NCBI GenBank assembly: GCA_000934665.2
Contig: JYFJ02000722.1
Location: 62,001 to 113,724 of the forward strand
Direction of reading: 5' to 3'
Source of the DNA: Catajapyx aquilonaris
Taxonomy: Eukaryota
Length of the DNA: 51,724 nucleotides
Position numbers and translations under genes: made by a program. Below the pieces are notes generated by a model. The model saw nothing but the letters and a program-made list of their open reading frames with translations. It searched no databases and had not been told where the DNA came from. Shown here piece after piece: positions 49,696 through 51,724 of the stretch (position 1 is its first letter; the number at the start of each line of letters is the position of its first letter).

Positions 49696-51035
49696 ACCGC
49701 AACCAATGCCAACACACAATTTGACCCAGTACCAAGCCTCACAGCATGACCCTTACACTGCACAGGTTCCATACTCTGTTCCATCCGAGGTTCCACCACC
49801 CACGTATGGAAATACAGTAGCAAATGGCCAGAGTGACCCATGGCAGTGGGGTGGTGAAGTTGCAGCATATGGGAATGGTGTTGGAGAGCAGGCCTCATAC
49901 CCTTACCAGCAACCATACCAACACAGACCAGAAAATCCTAAACGAGAGGACCGTGCTAGTGGGGATGGTAGTGATGCACCAAGTGACCAGCGTCAGGGTG
50001 TTGGAGTAATGGCACAGTCACCAACCACTGGGCGTAGTGATGCATCAGTGGATAGCTCTACATCAATTAGCTCCGATGCAGCATTTGCGGCACATAACTA
50101 CTACCAGTTTGACAACTCATATGTCAGCCCGTATGATGGAAATCCTGCAGTGCAGCAGCAGAGCAGTCCTTATCAGAGTTGGGATGCATATCAACAACAA
50201 CAACAGCAATCACAGCAGCAATTGCAGGAGCCACAACCTCAGCAACAGCAGCCCCAACAGCAACCACAACAGCAGCATTTGCAGCAATATCCACAGCAGC
50301 AGGAAGCTAGTCCTCCACCAGCAAGTGAGGAGCAATCAGGAGCAGCAGCTGCCATAGCTAATGAGAATGATGGTGTTGGATTTGGGATGTTTTATGGGAG
50401 GTGAGGATAACATTTTGTGATGATCTTGATTGAGGATGTAATTATTATCAGAAACAAGCTCAGTTTGATAGACTTTTATATGGTGCCTGGTGTGTGCTTG
50501 CAGATTTAACCTGTTGTCTTATTTGTGTAATTTCTGCATGTCAAGCTGTAATTGTTCGTTTCGACATTGTTAAGTCAGTGTTACTGCTGCTATATCTGAA
50601 CCCTTCTCTAATGTTAGCAATGCTGAATTACAAACTGAAGGCAAGAGTACTATAAAAGACAAAAAGATAGAAAATATTTAATATCTTGCATCATTTTGTC
50701 CAGTGTAGTGCATGTTTGCATATAGCTACTGCTTAAATTAACGTAATGACATTGACTGGTTGCCTATTGGTTTTTCGATTTTATTGGGAGTGAGGGTTGT
50801 GTGTGAGATAAATTTCTGATAAGCAGGGATGACGTGGAAGAGGAGGAGCCATCAGGAACCCAAGATACAGTGGAAAATCCTCTTGAAACTCAGTATCATC
50901 CATACACACCAGAAGGGCCAGGCATGCTCAAGGATCCATCTCCACCTGTCAGCTTGCAAAAGGACATTGGTGATGTTAAAGTACCAGAGCAGGAAGTGGA
51001 GCATCACGTTTCATGCCCCAAGGATGAACTGCAAG
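45448..51035 (+). CDS. 5' part of a protein with a low-complexity Gln/Pro/Trp-rich N-terminus (tentatively Sec16-like); continues beyond the window
   Basis: Exons 45448-45463 (MAWLA), 48157/48160-48278, 49559-50400 and 50827-51035 join in phase with GT-AG sites. Content includes WDQSQW, WNWG, DPWQWG, polyQ runs and an acidic segment. No conserved domain falls inside the window, so identity is unconfirmed and the tiny first exon is the least certain part. Confidence 0.6.
47075..47366 (+). mobile_element. tRNA-derived SINE with a V-SINE-like central domain
   Basis: A-box-like TGGAGGAGTGG and B-box GTTCGATCC (47132-47140). Central GTTCTCTCTGTGTTCGCGTGGGTTTTCTCGGGGTTCTCCCGTTTCCTTCC resembles the recalled V domain. 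T-rich tail; near-TSD TAATATTATGTTGT (47059-47072) / TAATATTAGGTTGT (47367-47380). Confidence 0.8.
49655..49696 (+). repeat. Coding (CAG/CAA)n microsatellite (polyglutamine)
   Basis: A CAG run with CAA interruptions, read as Gln in the 49559 exon frame. Further Q-rich runs occur at about 50190-50300. Confidence 0.85.
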
Positions 51036-51318
51036 GTAAAGGGAAGTTGAGATTGTTGGGCCATATGATCATGAGATATGCCGTAGTGTAGTTAAGAATG
51101 TGGCCCCATTGTCAAGGTCACCTACTTTTTATTCAGAAGCACTTGGTGCAGTGTAGGATGCCTTGAGATTAGTTTCTGGCCTTGAAATGGTTGATAAGTC
51201 AATTCTATTTGGCATGACGTAGGAGGTATTGGGGCACAGTAATAAAATAAAAGTCCGATAGTTGACGAGCCGAGTTGTCATATACTTGTTGTATTGAACA
51301 TGCTCCAATGGTGAATTA

Positions 51319-51516
51319 CGAGGGACGTTCGGAAAGTCTTTGCACTTTATTTTTTTGCCACAAATACAGGCCCTGGAGAGGTTGGCATACCTGTGGAACT
51401 AGTGCATTCGGCTCCAGGAGGGTTCTATTGGTAATATGTTTCTATCTGCCAACCTGCATAAGCCCTGTATTTGTGGTCAAAAAAATAAAGTTTAAAAACT
51501 TTCTGACCGACCCTCG
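51319..51516. mobile_element. mariner-type palindromic MITE, 198 bp
   Basis: TA-CGAGGG...CCCTCG-TA termini typical of mariner TIRs, with long inverted arms CTTTATTTTTTTGCCACAAATACAGG / CCTGTATTTGTGGTCAAAAAAATAAAG. Confidence 0.88.
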
Positions 51517-51724
51517 TATTATTGAACTCCAGTCTCCTGGTAAAGCCTGATTTCATCAACCATTATACTGTATTTGTCAGTTACGAGCAAGTAGTATCCA
51601 CAATGAATTCAATTATTTCTCATAGCGTGTTATAAAATTAGCCTGACGTGTTATAAATGATAGATAATTGGATTAAGTAATCCATAGCTTACTCCACATT
51701 TCATGCAAACAAATGCTGTTAATA

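Noticed and set aside
49561..49916. Poly-Ala ORFs on both strands
   Set aside because: They are alternative-frame readings of the CAG polyQ tract.
1..51724. CRISPR array, operon or prokaryotic defence system
   Set aside because: There are no regularly spaced direct repeats, and all recognised genes are spliced eukaryotic genes.

Overview
Gene-dense, intron-containing invertebrate genomic DNA, probably a non-insect arthropod; the taxon is an inference. I assembled seven protein-coding gene models by hand from GT-AG exons with consistent phases. In order they are: a partial EGF-like/multi-TM gene (-), HSD17B8 (+), PSMD3/Rpn3 (-), a C1orf21/DUF4612-like gene (+), USP20/USP33 (-), SEC22 (-), and the 5' part of a Gln/Trp-rich low-complexity gene (+, possibly Sec16-like). 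tRNA-Gly(CCC) and tRNA-Pro(AGG) sit inside an intron of the C1orf21-like gene. Introns carry several small elements: two related TTA-flanked PIF/Harbinger-type MITEs, two TA-flanked Tc1/mariner MITEs, a probable solo LTR, a tRNA-derived V-SINE-like element, and a 265-bp non-coding retroelement built on an RTE-like 5' RNA domain with a perfect 13-bp TSD. Long palindromes lie in the CpG-rich 12-26 kb region. There is no prokaryotic-type system or CRISPR array, and I found no convincing wholly new multi-gene system. The RTE-derived element, the solo LTR upstream of USP20 and the possible SEC22/Sec16 divergent pair are the best leads. Family assignments come from recalled sequences, not database searches.
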